In this document: positions 16,279-30,433 of the stretch, piece by piece
Layout: the number at the start of each line of letters is the position of its first letter
Numbering within the stretch: position 1 is the first letter of the stretch
Source of the DNA: Eledone cirrhosa
Taxonomy: Eukaryota
Direction: 5' to 3'
DNA length: 64,000 nucleotides
NCBI GenBank assembly: GCA_964016885.1
Contig: OZ024762.1
Coordinates: 23,374,001 to 23,438,000 of the forward strand
Made by a program: the position numbers and the translations under genes
Notes under the pieces: model-generated
Seen by the model: only the letters and a program-made list of their open reading frames with translations
Told to the model about the DNA's origin: nothing
Database searches by the model: none

Positions 16279-16315
<37 letters not shown>

Positions 16316-16373
16316 TGGATATATACATATTTATGAATATATATATATATATATATATAATGTGTCATATATA

Positions 16374-16472
<99 letters not shown>

Positions 16473-16824
16473 TATACATAAAGGTTGTTTATTTTCTCAT
16501 AATATAAAATAACATATACATTCATTTTCGCAGCTAATAGAAAAGGATGTCAGTTTAATATGATCGAGTCACATACATTGAAATATTTATTAAACCATAT
16601 AGAAAATGTTTTATATGTAATAAAAGTCTATGAATATTTATATGGTGGCAACTTAGCTTTTTATATCTATATACTGAAAGTGTATTATATTATTATGATT
16701 ATATATATATGGTTTGTTTTATTGTTGGCGTGTGTGTGGAATTGTATGTGTATGAATATGATTTATTGTATTTTTGTATAAGTATATACATGTATTTGCT
16801 TTTGTGTGTCTGTCTATATCTCAT

Positions 16825-16859
<35 letters not shown>

Positions 16860-16860
16860 A

Positions 16861-16924
<64 letters not shown>

Positions 16925-16926
<2 letters not shown>

Positions 16927-17808
16927 CGATATTAAACAAATGGAAACTATATTTATAAAACCATATTTATTTCATTATACATATTTCAGGGATACCATAT
17001 TAAAAATATGGCATGCCTTCGTCAGATAATTCAAATTTATATGACATGACGTAAAGATGTAACTGTATCCTTCTCTCTATATATATAGCTCTTTCTCCTC
17101 TCTCTTTATATATGATGAAGTATTATGTATCTGTCGCTTTGGTTTTGCCTCTCTTATTTCTCTCTTGTTTTTTCACTTCCCCCTATCTAGTTATATTTTT
17201 TCTCTTTCTTTTCCTGCCCCCTCTTTCTCTCCGTTTTCTCTTTATCTCCATTTTTTCTTTCTCTCCGTCTTTTCTCTAACTATGCTTAACACTATAACTA
17301 AATAATTGCTGTACTCTCTCTCTATATAGTACTCCCTCTCCCTTGAATCTCTCTATTTGTATGGTGGATTATTATTATGTATCTGTTGCTTTCGGTTGCC
17401 TCTCTTTTTTCACCTCCTCCCTATTTCTCTCTCCCCTCTCTGTCTCTCTGTTTTTCTTTACCTCCGTTTCTTCTTTTTCTCCGTCTTTTTTCTAACTGTG
17501 CTTAACACTATAACTAAATAATTATAAAAACATCACTACCGAGGTAGCCTCCTAATTTAATGGTCGCTTAAATTATGGTACGTCAAAATTATTTATAAAA
17601 CTGTTTATATATTGTATTTTATCTCACGAAGGCATGCCATATTTTTAATATGGTATCCCTGAAATATGTATAATGGAATAAATATGGTTTTATAAATATA
17701 GTTTCCATTTGTTTAATATCGTATATCTACTCCAAAAACTTGTCGAGTGCTTTATATCAGTTATAAAATATTTACTTGTTGTAACCCAACAATTTTAAAT
17801 AAAACTTT

Positions 17809-17812
<4 letters not shown>
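16925..17812. mobile_element. Two-armed family A insertion (short - arm, ~780-bp + arm with full tail)
   Basis: 16925-17028 is inverted relative to ~17620-17723; + arm has an internal ~230-250 bp duplication; HHR on - has core CTGACGA, HHR on + (17616-17679) has mutated CTCACGA. Confidence 0.85.
16969..17030 (-). ncRNA. Type I hammerhead ribozyme motif (family A variant)
   Basis: at-CTGACGA-agg..ccatatt/aatatgg..cct-GAAA-tatgta-TA-atgaaat; stem I truncated at the arm junction. Confidence 0.65.
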
Positions 17813-17879
<67 letters not shown>

Positions 17880-17933
17880 TTATATATATATATTTATATT
17901 TATATATTTATATATATATATATATATTTATAT

Positions 17934-20900
17934 ATATTAGAAAGATCGAGTATCGAAAAATCGGCGCACGAGTTCACGAAAAACGAAATTCGATATGAGC
18001 GGCAGAGGGCTCAATAATTCAGATGAATCAGAGCTATAACTATCGTTAAAATACCGTCACATATAGAACAAGTCTACAATCAACCATACGATTTAAAATC
18101 GATAAAGGAAGATTCGGGCCAAACAGATAAAAAATATCAATAAAACAATACGTCAAAAATTTAAATGAATGTAAAATCATACCCGGACCCACTAGAAAGG
18201 TGTTAAATCTAGCTTCATGGGTTTCTGTAAATCCTTAGACAGTACTCTATCAGCTCACATATAAATATAAAAGCCTGCTAGAATAAGTGGAACGGAGTTT
18301 ACGTTGTCAACGAGTTTTATCCTGGCGGCAAAGGAGTCAACTAGCGGTGAAAAACGCACATGGCATTAGACAAGGGAGATGACCCCTATATCCGCGAAAA
18401 CAATTCGAGTGAATGTGGAAATACACATATCGAATTAGAGTGCTCAATAGACATGTTAAAATAAAACAAAAGCTATTCATCACTCAATAGAATCGACAAA
18501 AAATGAGCAATAAAATTAACTGGTGGATAGCTATGTCCAGAGCTAAATATATTAGAAAGATCGAGTATCGAAAAATCGGCGCACGAGTTCACGAAAAACG
18601 AAATTCGATATGAGCGGCAGAGGGCTCAATAATTCAGATGAATCAGAGCTATAACTATCGTTAAAATACCGTCACATATAGAACAAGTCTACAATCAACC
18701 ATACGATTTAAAATCGATAAAGGAAGATTCGGGCCAAACAGATAAAAAATATCAATAAAACAATACGTCAAAAATTTAAATGAATGTAAAATCATACCCG
18801 GACCCACTAGAAAGGTGTTAAATCTAGCTTCATGGGTTTCTGTAAATCCTTAGACAGTACTCTATCAGCTCACATATAAATATAAAAGCCTGCTAGAATA
18901 AGTGGAACGGAGTTTACGTTGTCAACGAGTTTTATCCTGGCGGCAAAGGAGTCAACTAGCGGTGAAAAACGCACATGGCATTAGACAAGGGAGATGACCC
19001 CTATATCCGCGAAAACAATTCGAGTGAATGTGGAAATACACATATCGAATTAGAGTGCTCAATAGACATGTTAAAATAAAACAAAAGCTATTCATCACTC
19101 AATAGAATCGACAAAAAATGAGCAATAAAATTAACTGGTGGATAGCTATGTCCAGAGCTAAATATATTAGAAAGATCGAGTATCGAAAAATCGGCGCACG
19201 AGTTCACGAAAAACGAAATTCGATATGAGCGGCAGAGGGCTCAATAATTCAGATGAATCAGAGCTATAACTATCGTTAAAATACCGTCACATATAGAACA
19301 AGTCTACAATCAACCATACGATTTAAAATCGATAAAGGAAGATTCGGGCCAAACAGATAAAAAATATCAATAAAACAATACGTCAAAAATTTAAATGAAT
19401 GTAAAATCATACCCGGACCCACTAGAAAGGTGTTAAATCTAGCTTCATGGGTTTCTGTAAATCCTTAGACAGTACTCTATCAGCTCACATATAAATATAA
19501 AAGCCTGCTAGAATAAGTGGAACGGAGTTTACGTTGTCAACGAGTTTTATCCTGGCGGCAAAGGAGTCAACTAGCGGTGAAAAACGCACATGGCATTAGA
19601 CAAGGGAGATGACCCCTATATCCGCGAAAACAATTCGAGTGAATGTGGAAATACACATATCGAATTAGAGTGCTCAATAGACATGTTAAAATAAAACAAA
19701 AGCTATTCATCACTCAATAGAATCGACAAAAAATGAGCAATAAAATTAACTGGTGGATAGCTATGTCCAGAGCTAAATATATTAGAAAGATCGAGTATCG
19801 AAAAATCGGCGCACGAGTTCACGAAAAACGAAATTCGATATGAGCGGCAGAGGGCTCAATAATTCAGATGAATCAGAGCTATAACTATCGTTAAAATACC
19901 GTCACATATAGAACAAGTCTACAATCAACCATACGATTTAAAATCGATAAAGGAAGATTCGGGCCAAACAGATAAAAAATATCAATAAAACAATACGTCA
20001 AAAATTTAAATGAATGTAAAATCATACCCGGACCCACTAGAAAGGTGTTAAATCTAGCTTCATGGGTTTCTGTAAATCCTTAGACAGTACTCTATCAGCT
20101 CACATATAAATATAAAAGCCTGCTAGAATAAGTGGAACGGAGTTTACGTTGTCAACGAGTTTTATCCTGGCGGCAAAGGAGTCAACTAGCGGTGAAAAAC
20201 GCACATGGCATTAGACAAGGGAGATGACCCCTATATCCGCGAAAACAATTCGAGTGAATGTGGAAATACACATATCGAATTAGAGTGCTCAATAGACATG
20301 TTAAAATAAAACAAAAGCTATTCATCACTCAATAGAATCGACAAAAAATGAGCAATAAAATTAACTGGTGGATAGCTATGTCCAGAGCTAAATATATTAG
20401 AAAGATCGAGTATCGAAAAATCGGCGCACGAGTTCACGAAAAACGAAATTCGATATGAGCGGCAGAGGGCTCAATAATTCAGATGAATCAGAGCTATAAC
20501 TATCGTTAAAATACCGTCACATATAGAACAAGTCTACAATCAACCATACGATTTAAAATCGATAAAGGAAGATTCGGGCCAAACAGATAAAAAATATCAA
20601 TAAAACAATACGTCAAAAATTTAAATGAATGTAAAATCATACCCGGACCCACTAGAAAGGTGTTAAATCTAGCTTCATGGGTTTCTGTAAATCCTTAGAC
20701 AGTACTCTATCAGCTCACATATAAATATAAAAGCCTGCTAGAATAAGTGGAACGGAGTTTACGTTGTCAACGAGTTTTATCCTGGCGGCAAAGGAGTCAA
20801 CTAGCGGTGAAAAACGCACATGGCATTAGACAAGGGAGATGACCCCTATATCCGCGAAAACAATTCGAGTGAATGTGGAAATACACATATCGAATTAGAG

Positions 20901-22885
20901 TGCTCAATAGACATGTTAAAATAAAACAAAAGCTATTCATCACTCAATAGAATCGACAAAAAATGAGCAATAAAATTAACTGGTGGATAGCTATGTCCAG
21001 AGCTAAATATATTAGAAAGATCGAGTATCGAAAAATCGGCGCACGAGTTCACGAAAAACGAAATTCGATATGAGCGGCAGAGGGCTCAATAATTCAGATG
21101 AATCAGAGCTATAACTATCGTTAAAATACCGTCACATATAGAACAAGTCTACAATCAACCATACGATTTAAAATCGATAAAGGAAGATTCGGGCCAAACA
21201 GATAAAAAATATCAATAAAACAATACGTCAAAAATTTAAATGAATGTAAAATCATACCCGGACCCACTAGAAAGGTGTTAAATCTAGCTTCATGGGTTTC
21301 TGTAAATCCTTAGACAGTACTCTATCAGCTCACATATAAATATAAAAGCCTGCTAGAATAAGTGGAACGGAGTTTACGTTGTCAACGAGTTTTATCCTGG
21401 CGGCAAAGGAGTCAACTAGCGGTGAAAAACGCACATGGCATTAGACAAGGGAGATGACCCCTATATCCGCGAAAACAATTCGAGTGAATGTGGAAATACA
21501 CATATCGAATTAGAGTGCTCAATAGACATGTTAAAATAAAACAAAAGCTATTCATCACTCAATAGAATCGACAAAAAATGAGCAATAAAATTAACTGGTG
21601 GATAGCTATGTCCAGAGCTAAATATATTAGAAAGATCGAGTATCGAAAAATCGGCGCACGAGTTCACGAAAAACGAAATTCGATATGAGCGGCAGAGGGC
21701 TCAATAATTCAGATGAATCAGAGCTATAACTATCGTTAAAATACCGTCACATATAGAACAAGTCTACAATCAACCATACGATTTAAAATCGATAAAGGAA
21801 GATTCGGGCCAAACAGATAAAAAATATCAATAAAACAATACGTCAAAAATTTAAATGAATGTAAAATCATACCCGGACCCACTAGAAAGGTGTTAAATCT
21901 AGCTTCATGGGTTTCTGTAAATCCTTAGACAGTACTCTATCAGCTCACATATAAATATAAAAGCCTGCTAGAATAAGTGGAACGGAGTTTACGTTGTCAA
22001 CGAGTTTTATCCTGGCGGCAAAGGAGTCAACTAGCGGTGAAAAACGCACATGGCATTAGACAAGGGAGATGACCCCTATATCCGCGAAAACAATTCGAGT
22101 GAATGTGGAAATACACATATCGAATTAGAGTGCTCAATAGACATGTTAAAATAAAACAAAAGCTATTCATCACTCAATAGAATCGACAAAAAATGAGCAA
22201 TAAAATTAACTGGTGGATAGCTATGTCCAGAGCTAAATATATTAGAAAGATCGAGTATCGAAAAATCGGCGCACGAGTTCACGAAAAACGAAATTCGATA
22301 TGAGCGGCAGAGGGCTCAATAATTCAGATGAATCAGAGCTATAACTATCGTTAAAATACCGTCACATATAGAACAAGTCTACAATCAACCATACGATTTA
22401 AAATCGATAAAGGAAGATTCGGGCCAAACAGATAAAAAATATCAATAAAACAATACGTCAAAAATTTAAATGAATGTAAAATCATACCCGGACCCACTAG
22501 AAAGGTGTTAAATCTAGCTTCATGGGTTTCTGTAAATCCTTAGACAGTACTCTATCAGCTCACATATAAATATAAAAGCCTGCTAGAATAAGTGGAACGG
22601 AGTTTACGTTGTCAACGAGTTTTATCCTGGCGGCAAAGGAGTCAACTAGCGGTGAAAAACGCACATGGCATTAGACAAGGGAGATGACCCCTATATCCGC
22701 GAAAACAATTCGAGTGAATGTGGAAATACACATATCGAATTAGAGTGCTCAATAGACATGTTAAAATAAAACAAAAGCTATTCATCACTCAATAGAATCG
22801 ACAAAAAATGAGCAATAAAATTAACTGGTGGATAGCTATGTCCAGAGCTAAATATATTAGAAAGATCGAGTATCGAAAAATCGGC
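17934..22885. repeat. Tandem array of 8 apparently identical 615-bp units plus ~30 bp of a ninth
   Basis: aaagatcgagtatcg recurs at 17941, 18556, 19171, 19786, 20401, 21016, 21631, 22246, 22861; no differences seen between units; (TA)n both sides; no ORF of 60 aa or more within the unit. Confidence 0.97.
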
Positions 22886-22933
22886 TATTTATATATATAT
22901 ATTTATATTTATATATATATATATATATTTATT

Positions 22934-22965
<32 letters not shown>

Positions 22966-22975
22966 TATATATATA

Positions 22976-23040
<65 letters not shown>

Positions 23041-23061
23041 TTATATATATATAAATATATT

Positions 23062-23120
<59 letters not shown>

Positions 23121-23319
23121 ATATTTATATTTATATATATATATTTATATATATATATTTCGTTTCTGAATTTGTTTAGCAAGATTCTTTATCTGAAATC
23201 GTGTGTTGAAACCGATATTGTTATACTTTGGGAGGGGCATACTTTGGGAGTGAAAGCAACTGGTGCGTGTGTTTCTTATTGGCAACATGACCCTCCCAAA
23301 GTATAACAATATATATATA

Positions 23320-23434
<115 letters not shown>

Positions 23435-23524
23435 ATTTATATATATATATAAATATATATATATATATTTATATATATTTATATATATATATATTTATAT
23501 ATATATATATATATTTATATATAT

Positions 23525-23909
23525 GCAAAGTTTTATTTAAATTGTTGGGTTACAACGAGTAAATATTTATAACTGATATAAAAGCACTCAACAAGTATTT
23601 GGAGTATATTTACGATATTAATTAAATGGAAACTATATTTATAAAACCATATTTATTTCATTATATATATTTCAGGGATATCATATTAAAAATATGTTAT
23701 GCCTTCTTCAGACAAAATACAATATAAACAGTCTTATAAATAGATAGATTTGACATACCTTTCATGTCAAATCTATCTATTTATAAGACTGTTTATATTG
23801 TATTTTGTCTGAAGAAGGCATAACATATTTTTAATATGATATCCCTGAAATATATATAATGAAATAAATATGGTTTTATAAATATAGTTTCCATTTATTT
23901 AATATCGTA
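23525..23909. mobile_element. Foldback family A insertion with opposed hammerheads (23655-23718 on -, 23802-23865 on +)
   Basis: Same outer termini as 9468-9926 but a different central junction (~23760); both HHRs have CTGAAGA/GAAA/TA intact. Confidence 0.9.
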
Positions 23910-24093
23910 TTTATATATATATATTTATATATATATATTTATATATATATATTTATATTTATATATTTATATATATATATTTATATATATATATTTATAT
24001 ATATATATTTATATATATATATTTATATATATATATTTATATATATATATTTATATATTTATATTTATATATATATATTTATATATATATATT

Positions 24094-24169
<76 letters not shown>

Positions 24170-24173
24170 TATA

Positions 24174-24221
<48 letters not shown>

Positions 24222-24435
24222 TATATATATTTATATATATATATTTATATTTATATTTATATATATATATATATTTATATATTTATATATATTTATATAT
24301 ATATATATATATATATATTTATTTATATATATATATATATATTTATTTACATATATATATATATATTTATTTATATATATATATATATATTTATTTATAT
24401 ATATATATATATATTTATTTATATATATATATATT

Positions 24436-24472
<37 letters not shown>

Positions 24473-24509
24473 ATATATATTTATTTATATATGTATATAT
24501 ATATATATT

Positions 24510-24580
<71 letters not shown>

Positions 24581-24635
24581 CGTAAAATAATAAAAAAATT
24601 TTAAAAAGTTTTTAAAAAATTTACTTAAATTTTCA

Positions 24636-24715
24636 CTCCAACTAATTAGTTTCTGCAATGGGATAAAGACAGTTACGTAATGAACTGTTGAGAATTTCAT
24701 TGCGTCATCAGGGAG
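24636..24715 (-). ncRNA. Type I hammerhead with extended stem II
   Basis: ctcc-CTGATGA-c gcaatg...acagtt/aactgt...cattgc a-GAAA-ctaattag(palindrome)-TT-ggag. Confidence 0.85.
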
Positions 24716-25184
24716 GTCTATTCTCAGCCAAGTTTCCAGGCAATGCGCGGACACTGGCGACTCATATAAAAATAATAATAATTCGGTAAATGGAACAACT
24801 ATCGCGGACTGGATTCCAGGCACTGAAAATTCTCACTGCCACTGGTCAAATGGCCGATTCTAAAGAATCAATCACGTGACACAGAGGCTAGTCAGTAGGA
24901 ATGGGGTGGTAAGATGACAGACGCCTACTAACACCCCCAAAAAAATTTAGAAGTGGTTTTGGCAGGTTTGCTCGACAAATCAGTGATTTGGAGATAAATA
25001 TAAATAATTTAATATATCAACTAACATAAGCGCACAGATGTACGCTAATGCCAGCAAATACACAGGTTATGTCATAGTACCTAGGTGGTTCAATGCAGGA
25101 GGATGCAGAACAATAATATAAAAGACGTAAAATAAGAAAATTTTTTTAAAAAAATTTTTTAAAATTTACTTACTTAAATTTTTA

Positions 25185-25264
25185 CTCCAACTAATTAGTT
25201 TCTGCAATGGGATAAAGACAGTTACGTAATGAACTGTTGAGAATTTCATTGCGTCATCAGGGAG
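25185..25264 (-). ncRNA. Type I hammerhead with extended stem II (second copy)
   Basis: Identical to 24636-24715, 549 bp away. Confidence 0.85.
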
Positions 25265-25618
25265 GTCTATTCTCAGCCAAGTCTACAGGCAATGCGCGGA
25301 CACTGGGGACTCATATAAAAATAATAATAATTCGGTAAATGGACTCCAAGGAAGTGGTTAAAGGGGGTTATCTGCCGGGAGGCCCTATAATCAATATCTG
25401 GAAAAGAAAAGTTCCCATGACCATCCGGAGTACATAAGTAACCTATGTCTTAAGTTTGGTGAAAATACTGTAGAAATGCATAAGGTTTACACACGCGCGC
25501 ACGTGTGTGTGTATGTGTGTGTGTATTTGTGTGTGCGTATGTATATGTATGTTCGTCGGCGCATACGTATGTACTGGCCTAAATCTTCACTATTTACTTT
25601 TACTATGTTAAGGCAAAG

Positions 25619-26296
25619 TTAAAATCCCGTCGAGGTTAACTTTGCCTTTCATCCTTACGGAGTCGATAAAATAAAGTACCAGTAATGTACCGGGTAATTG
25701 CTGGCCTTGTGCCAAAAGTAGAAACAACTATTTTAATAACCTGTCATTTTCGTTTACAATTTTAAACTCCGAGGATGGAAATCATTCGGTTATTTTAAAT
25801 AGAATATTAGTCTAACGACTCCATTTCCACCATAAACTTGGTCTTGTCTTTGCATGAAATTGTTCTTCTCGGTCCACCGCGTCGTTTATACATAACATAA
25901 ATAGATAAGCAAATGACGCCATAAAAGGGAAAGAACTCGTCTCTCATCTCTATTTATACATTTGAACTGAAAATTCAAATATAATTATGGGCCTTTACGT
26001 TCTGAGTTAAAATCCCGCCGAGGTTAGCTTTGCCTTCTGTACTTACAGGGTCGATCAAATAAAGTGCCAGTAATGTACTGAGGTAATGTTGGTGGTATTT
26101 TGCCAAAAGTAGAAAGAATTATCTTCAAGGACTGTGGATTAGCAGTATTGGTAGAGCGTTAGATGATATGCTTTGCAGCATAGTTACGGCACATAACGTT
26201 CTGAGTTCGAATCTTGCCGTGGTTAACCTTGGCTTTTATACTTACGGGGTTGATAAAACAAAGTACCAGTAACGCACTGGGGTCGATTTAATCGAC
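25619..26296 (+). mobile_element. Three partial/diverged SINE family 1 copies (~25619-25729, ~25990-26121, ~26133-26296)
   Basis: gaggttaactttgcctt...gataaaataaagtaccagt motifs. Confidence 0.8.
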
Positions 26297-26319
26297 TTTC
26301 TCTTTTATAAGTTAAAAAC

Positions 26320-27360
26320 TGTTCTAAGCTGAAAGCTCATCAGGCCGATGCTTATCACCGATTAATTTGGCATTAAGCAGCTGAGACTACAAGACTACAC
26401 CCTAGATAAAACGCCAGTCTATCGCAGATTTAAGTCGCCAGCTACTGCTGCTACTCATTCTCAGCTGAGTGTAGTGGAGCAACGTGAAATAAAGTGTTTT
26501 GTTCTAAAACACAGTACAACAAACTACACACACTAACAGAAAAACGTTTGCCCCAAGCCCGGGATTCCATCAGTTCGCTGGTCCTCCTAGTTTCTTCGGC
26601 CTTAAACGACTAAGGAAACAGGACTCCCTCCTGGACAGGACACCAGTCTATCACATGATTCACTTCTGGTATTTATAATTGCTGGTATTTATTTTCATCA
26701 ACTCATACCAACAGAAAAGATTTGCCTGAAGCCCAAGTGCCCACCATGCTGGTGATTAATTTGGGTTTCTCCGGTGTTAAGCAACTAAGAAAACATGACA
26801 TTCCCTTGGACAGGACACCAGTCCATCACAGGGTTAACCTTTTGCTATTGCTGGTATTTATTTTCAGTTTAGTATACGGAAGCAAAGTAAAAAAAAATGT
26901 CTTGCTCAAGAACACTACACAACACACACTAACAGCAAAATGTCTTCCCCAAGCCAAGGTGCTCATCAGGTACGAGGACATCTTGGATTTTCGGCGTTAA
27001 GCGTCTAAGAAGACACGAAACCCCTCCTCACTGGACAGGACACTAGTCCTTCATAGAGTTGACTCCCACTTATTGATGGTAGTTCATTTCATCAATCCAT
27101 ACCAACAGAAAAAAGGGTGCCTCAAACCAAGGTGGCAACCAGGTGGGTGATTGTCTTGGTTTCTTCGACGTTAAGCAACTAAGAAAACATGTCACTCCCC
27201 TGGACAGGACACCAGTCCATCACAGGGTTGACTCACAATAACAGCTGGTGTTTAGTTTCAGCTGAGTTTTACTCTAGAACACACAACACACAACCCAGTA
27301 CAGGAATCGAACTAACGACATTAAGTTCGTACGTCAAACATACTAAGCATTAGGCCCTTC
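26320..27360 (-). mobile_element. Cluster of about 5 degenerate tandem copies of SINE family 2
   Basis: Recurrent ctggacaggacaccagtccatcacagggtt, the reverse complement of the body of the SINE at 53690-53972. Confidence 0.7.
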
Positions 27361-27554
27361 TCTGCTGGTCACATAAATATAATTTGTATGGAACATGGTG
27401 TGAAACCTACAGCCATCACTCGCAATTGAGTATGACTTGGTAGTGATCACCATTATTTCAGAGAGAGAAGGAGATGGAAAGACAAAGGATAGGATATACG
27501 TAGTTGGAGAGAGAGAAAGGGAAGGAGATACATAGACGGGGAGAGAGAGATTGT

Positions 27555-27593
<39 letters not shown>

Positions 27594-27715
27594 TGTGTGT
27601 GTGTTCTTGTGAGAGAGGGGGAGAGGAGAGATAGAGATTGCATATATAGTTATATTCTCAGCACAGAGAGAGAGAGAGAGAATGATATATATATATATAT
27701 ATATATATTGTTATA

Positions 27716-27860
27716 TTCTGGACAGAATTAGCCATCGAAACGGCTTGAGCTCAGCCGTCGGAGTACTACTCGTTCCTATTACCCACTCTACTACCCTAAG
27801 TATTGAGTACTTTGGTGCGTTATGGTCCACCTGGTTCCTTACCACATTTCCTTCATTTTA
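27716..27860 (+). mobile_element. PLE 3' terminal fragment (family of 39346-41975 and 62392-62596)
   Basis: Matches 41838-41975 (agccgtcgaaac...gagtactttggtgcgttatgg...accacatttccttc). Confidence 0.75.
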
Positions 27861-28199
27861 TATATATATGTTCTCGAGACAGAGAGGGAGGTGATATATA
27901 TATATTTGTACATATATAGATATGTTCTCGGCAGAGAGAGGGAGAGAAGGAGCTATATATATATATATAGATAGATATATGGATAGAATTAAAGAGGGAG
28001 ATATTGTACATATAGATATTTTCTCAGCATAGAGAGGGAGGGCGCGGAGAAGATATATGAATAGAGAGAGAGAAAGAGATATTGTTTATATATAGATATG
28101 TGCTCGGGACAGGAAATTCGATAAATTTGTGAATATCGACATATATGTCAATACCTACACACGCGCACACACACACACACCACACACAACACACAGATA

Positions 28200-28219
28200 T
28201 ATATACACATATTTATATA

Positions 28220-28255
<36 letters not shown>

Positions 28256-28288
28256 AATATGTATTTATGTATAAATATATATGTATAT

Positions 28289-28320
<32 letters not shown>

Positions 28321-28537
28321 ACACAAATATGTATTTATGTATATATATATATGTATATATACATGTATACATATATATATACAAATATGTATTTATATAT
28401 ATATATGCATATACATACATATATATTTAAGTGTATATATATATATGTATGTATGTATATATATTTATGTATGTATCTTTATATATATATATATATGTAT
28501 GTATATATATATGTATATATATATATATGTATGTATA

Positions 28538-28597
<60 letters not shown>

Positions 28598-28601
28598 TAT
28601 G

Positions 28602-28651
<50 letters not shown>

Positions 28652-28655
28652 TATG

Positions 28656-28705
<50 letters not shown>

Positions 28706-29021
28706 TATGTATGTATATGTATGTATGTATATATATGTATGTATGTATATATATATGTATGTATATATATGTATATATATATATATATGTATGTATATAT
28801 ATGTATATATATATATATATATGTATGTATATATATGTATATATATATATATATGTATGTATATATATGTGTATATATATATATATATGTATGTATATAT
28901 ATGTGTATATATATATGTATGTATATATGTGTATATATATATGTATGTATATATATGTGTATATATATATATATGTATGTATATATGTGTATATATATAT
29001 ATATGTATGTATATATATGTG

Positions 29022-29056
<35 letters not shown>

Positions 29057-29312
29057 GTATGTATATATATGTATATATATATATATATGTATGTATATAT
29101 ATGTATATATATATATATGTATGTATATATATGTATATATATATATATGTATGTATATATATATATATATGTATGTATATATATGTATATATATATATAT
29201 ATGTATGTATATATATGTATATATATATGTATGTATATATATATATATATGTATGTATATGTATGTATGTATGTATATATATATATATATGTATGTATAT
29301 GTATGTATGTAT

Positions 29313-29346
<34 letters not shown>

Positions 29347-29365
29347 GTATATATATGTATGTATG

Positions 29366-29404
<39 letters not shown>

Positions 29405-29423
29405 GTATATATATATATGTATG

Positions 29424-29456
<33 letters not shown>

Positions 29457-29487
29457 GTATATATGTATGTATGTATATATATGTATG

Positions 29488-29544
<57 letters not shown>

Positions 29545-29865
29545 GTATATATATGTATGTATGTATATATATGTATGTATGTATATATATGTATGTATCT
29601 TTATATATATATTTATATATATATATGTATGTATCTTTATATATATATATATGTATCTTTATATATATATGTATCTTTATATATATATATGTATCTTTAT
29701 ATATATATATATATATATATCTTTGTATGCTTATATATATCTGTGTATGCATGTATGTGTATATATATATATGCATATATATATATATGCTTATATGTAT
29801 ATATGCATATATATATATGCATATATATATATGCATATATATATATTTATCTATGTATATATACA
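28200..29865. repeat. Compound (TA)/(TATG) microsatellite
   Basis: Visible; gives spurious 470-600 aa Y/I/M/C ORFs. Confidence 0.95.
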
Positions 29866-30047
29866 GTTCAACAATTTAAAACTTTCAGATAAATATCTAT
29901 ATGCCTCTTTAATTCGTTATCTAAATATTTATCAAACTGTCAAATATATTCTATTATAAACTTATAGATATATGCAGAGATAGAAATCTATCTGAATATA
30001 TTGCTATACATATATGTGCATAAATTATATATTTATATATGTATATA

Positions 30048-30125
30048 TTGGGTCGTCAATTATGAAATTTGTAGAAATTCATTTTTTTCTACACAATTCT
30101 ACAAATTTCATACTTGATGACCCAA
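30048..30125. mobile_element. 78-bp Tc1/mariner-type MITE
   Basis: ~29-bp imperfect TIRs ttgggtcgtcaattatgaaatttgtagaa / ttctacaaatttcatacttgatgacccaa, flanked by TA on both sides. Confidence 0.6.
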
Positions 30126-30433
30126 TATTTGTTTTTGTTTATATCGAGTTTTTCTTGTAATGGTCGGGATGAATGCGTTCATTGAATTCTAGACCCGTGT
30201 TTGGTCATTTTATATGCTTCTTTGTGTCTGGCTTGTTCGTCGACAGATTTGATGTGATTTTTGTTGTGTTAACATTGGTCTGAGGATGAGGCAGGCTTCG
30301 AGCCTGGTCTGGGGGGGAGGGGGCAACCCAGATCACGAGCCAGCTATTTGAGAAACATATGTAACCAGGATTGAGCAATAAACCTCCTATGTAACTTCTC
30401 CACTTTGTTCTTATTTTAGACACTCTAACAAAA

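Larger units (their letters stand above)
24573..25343 (-). mobile_element. Tandem (about 1.4-mer) ~549-bp HHR-containing repeat, retrozyme-like
   Basis: 24573-24794 is directly repeated at 25118-25343; each repeat carries an HHR; the 3' end runs into (TA)n; no credible ORF. Confidence 0.75.

Noticed and set aside
17934-17980. Helitron-like termini in the 615-bp unit (minus-strand TCTTTCTAATATAT)
   Set aside because: No convincing subterminal hairpin with a CTRR 3' end, and the array boundaries do not match that phase.
17934-22885. 615-bp array as CRISPR, rDNA/5S, snRNA cluster or coding repeat
   Set aside because: No unique spacers, no recognisable rRNA/snRNA/tRNA sequence, and no ORF despite the length being divisible by 3.
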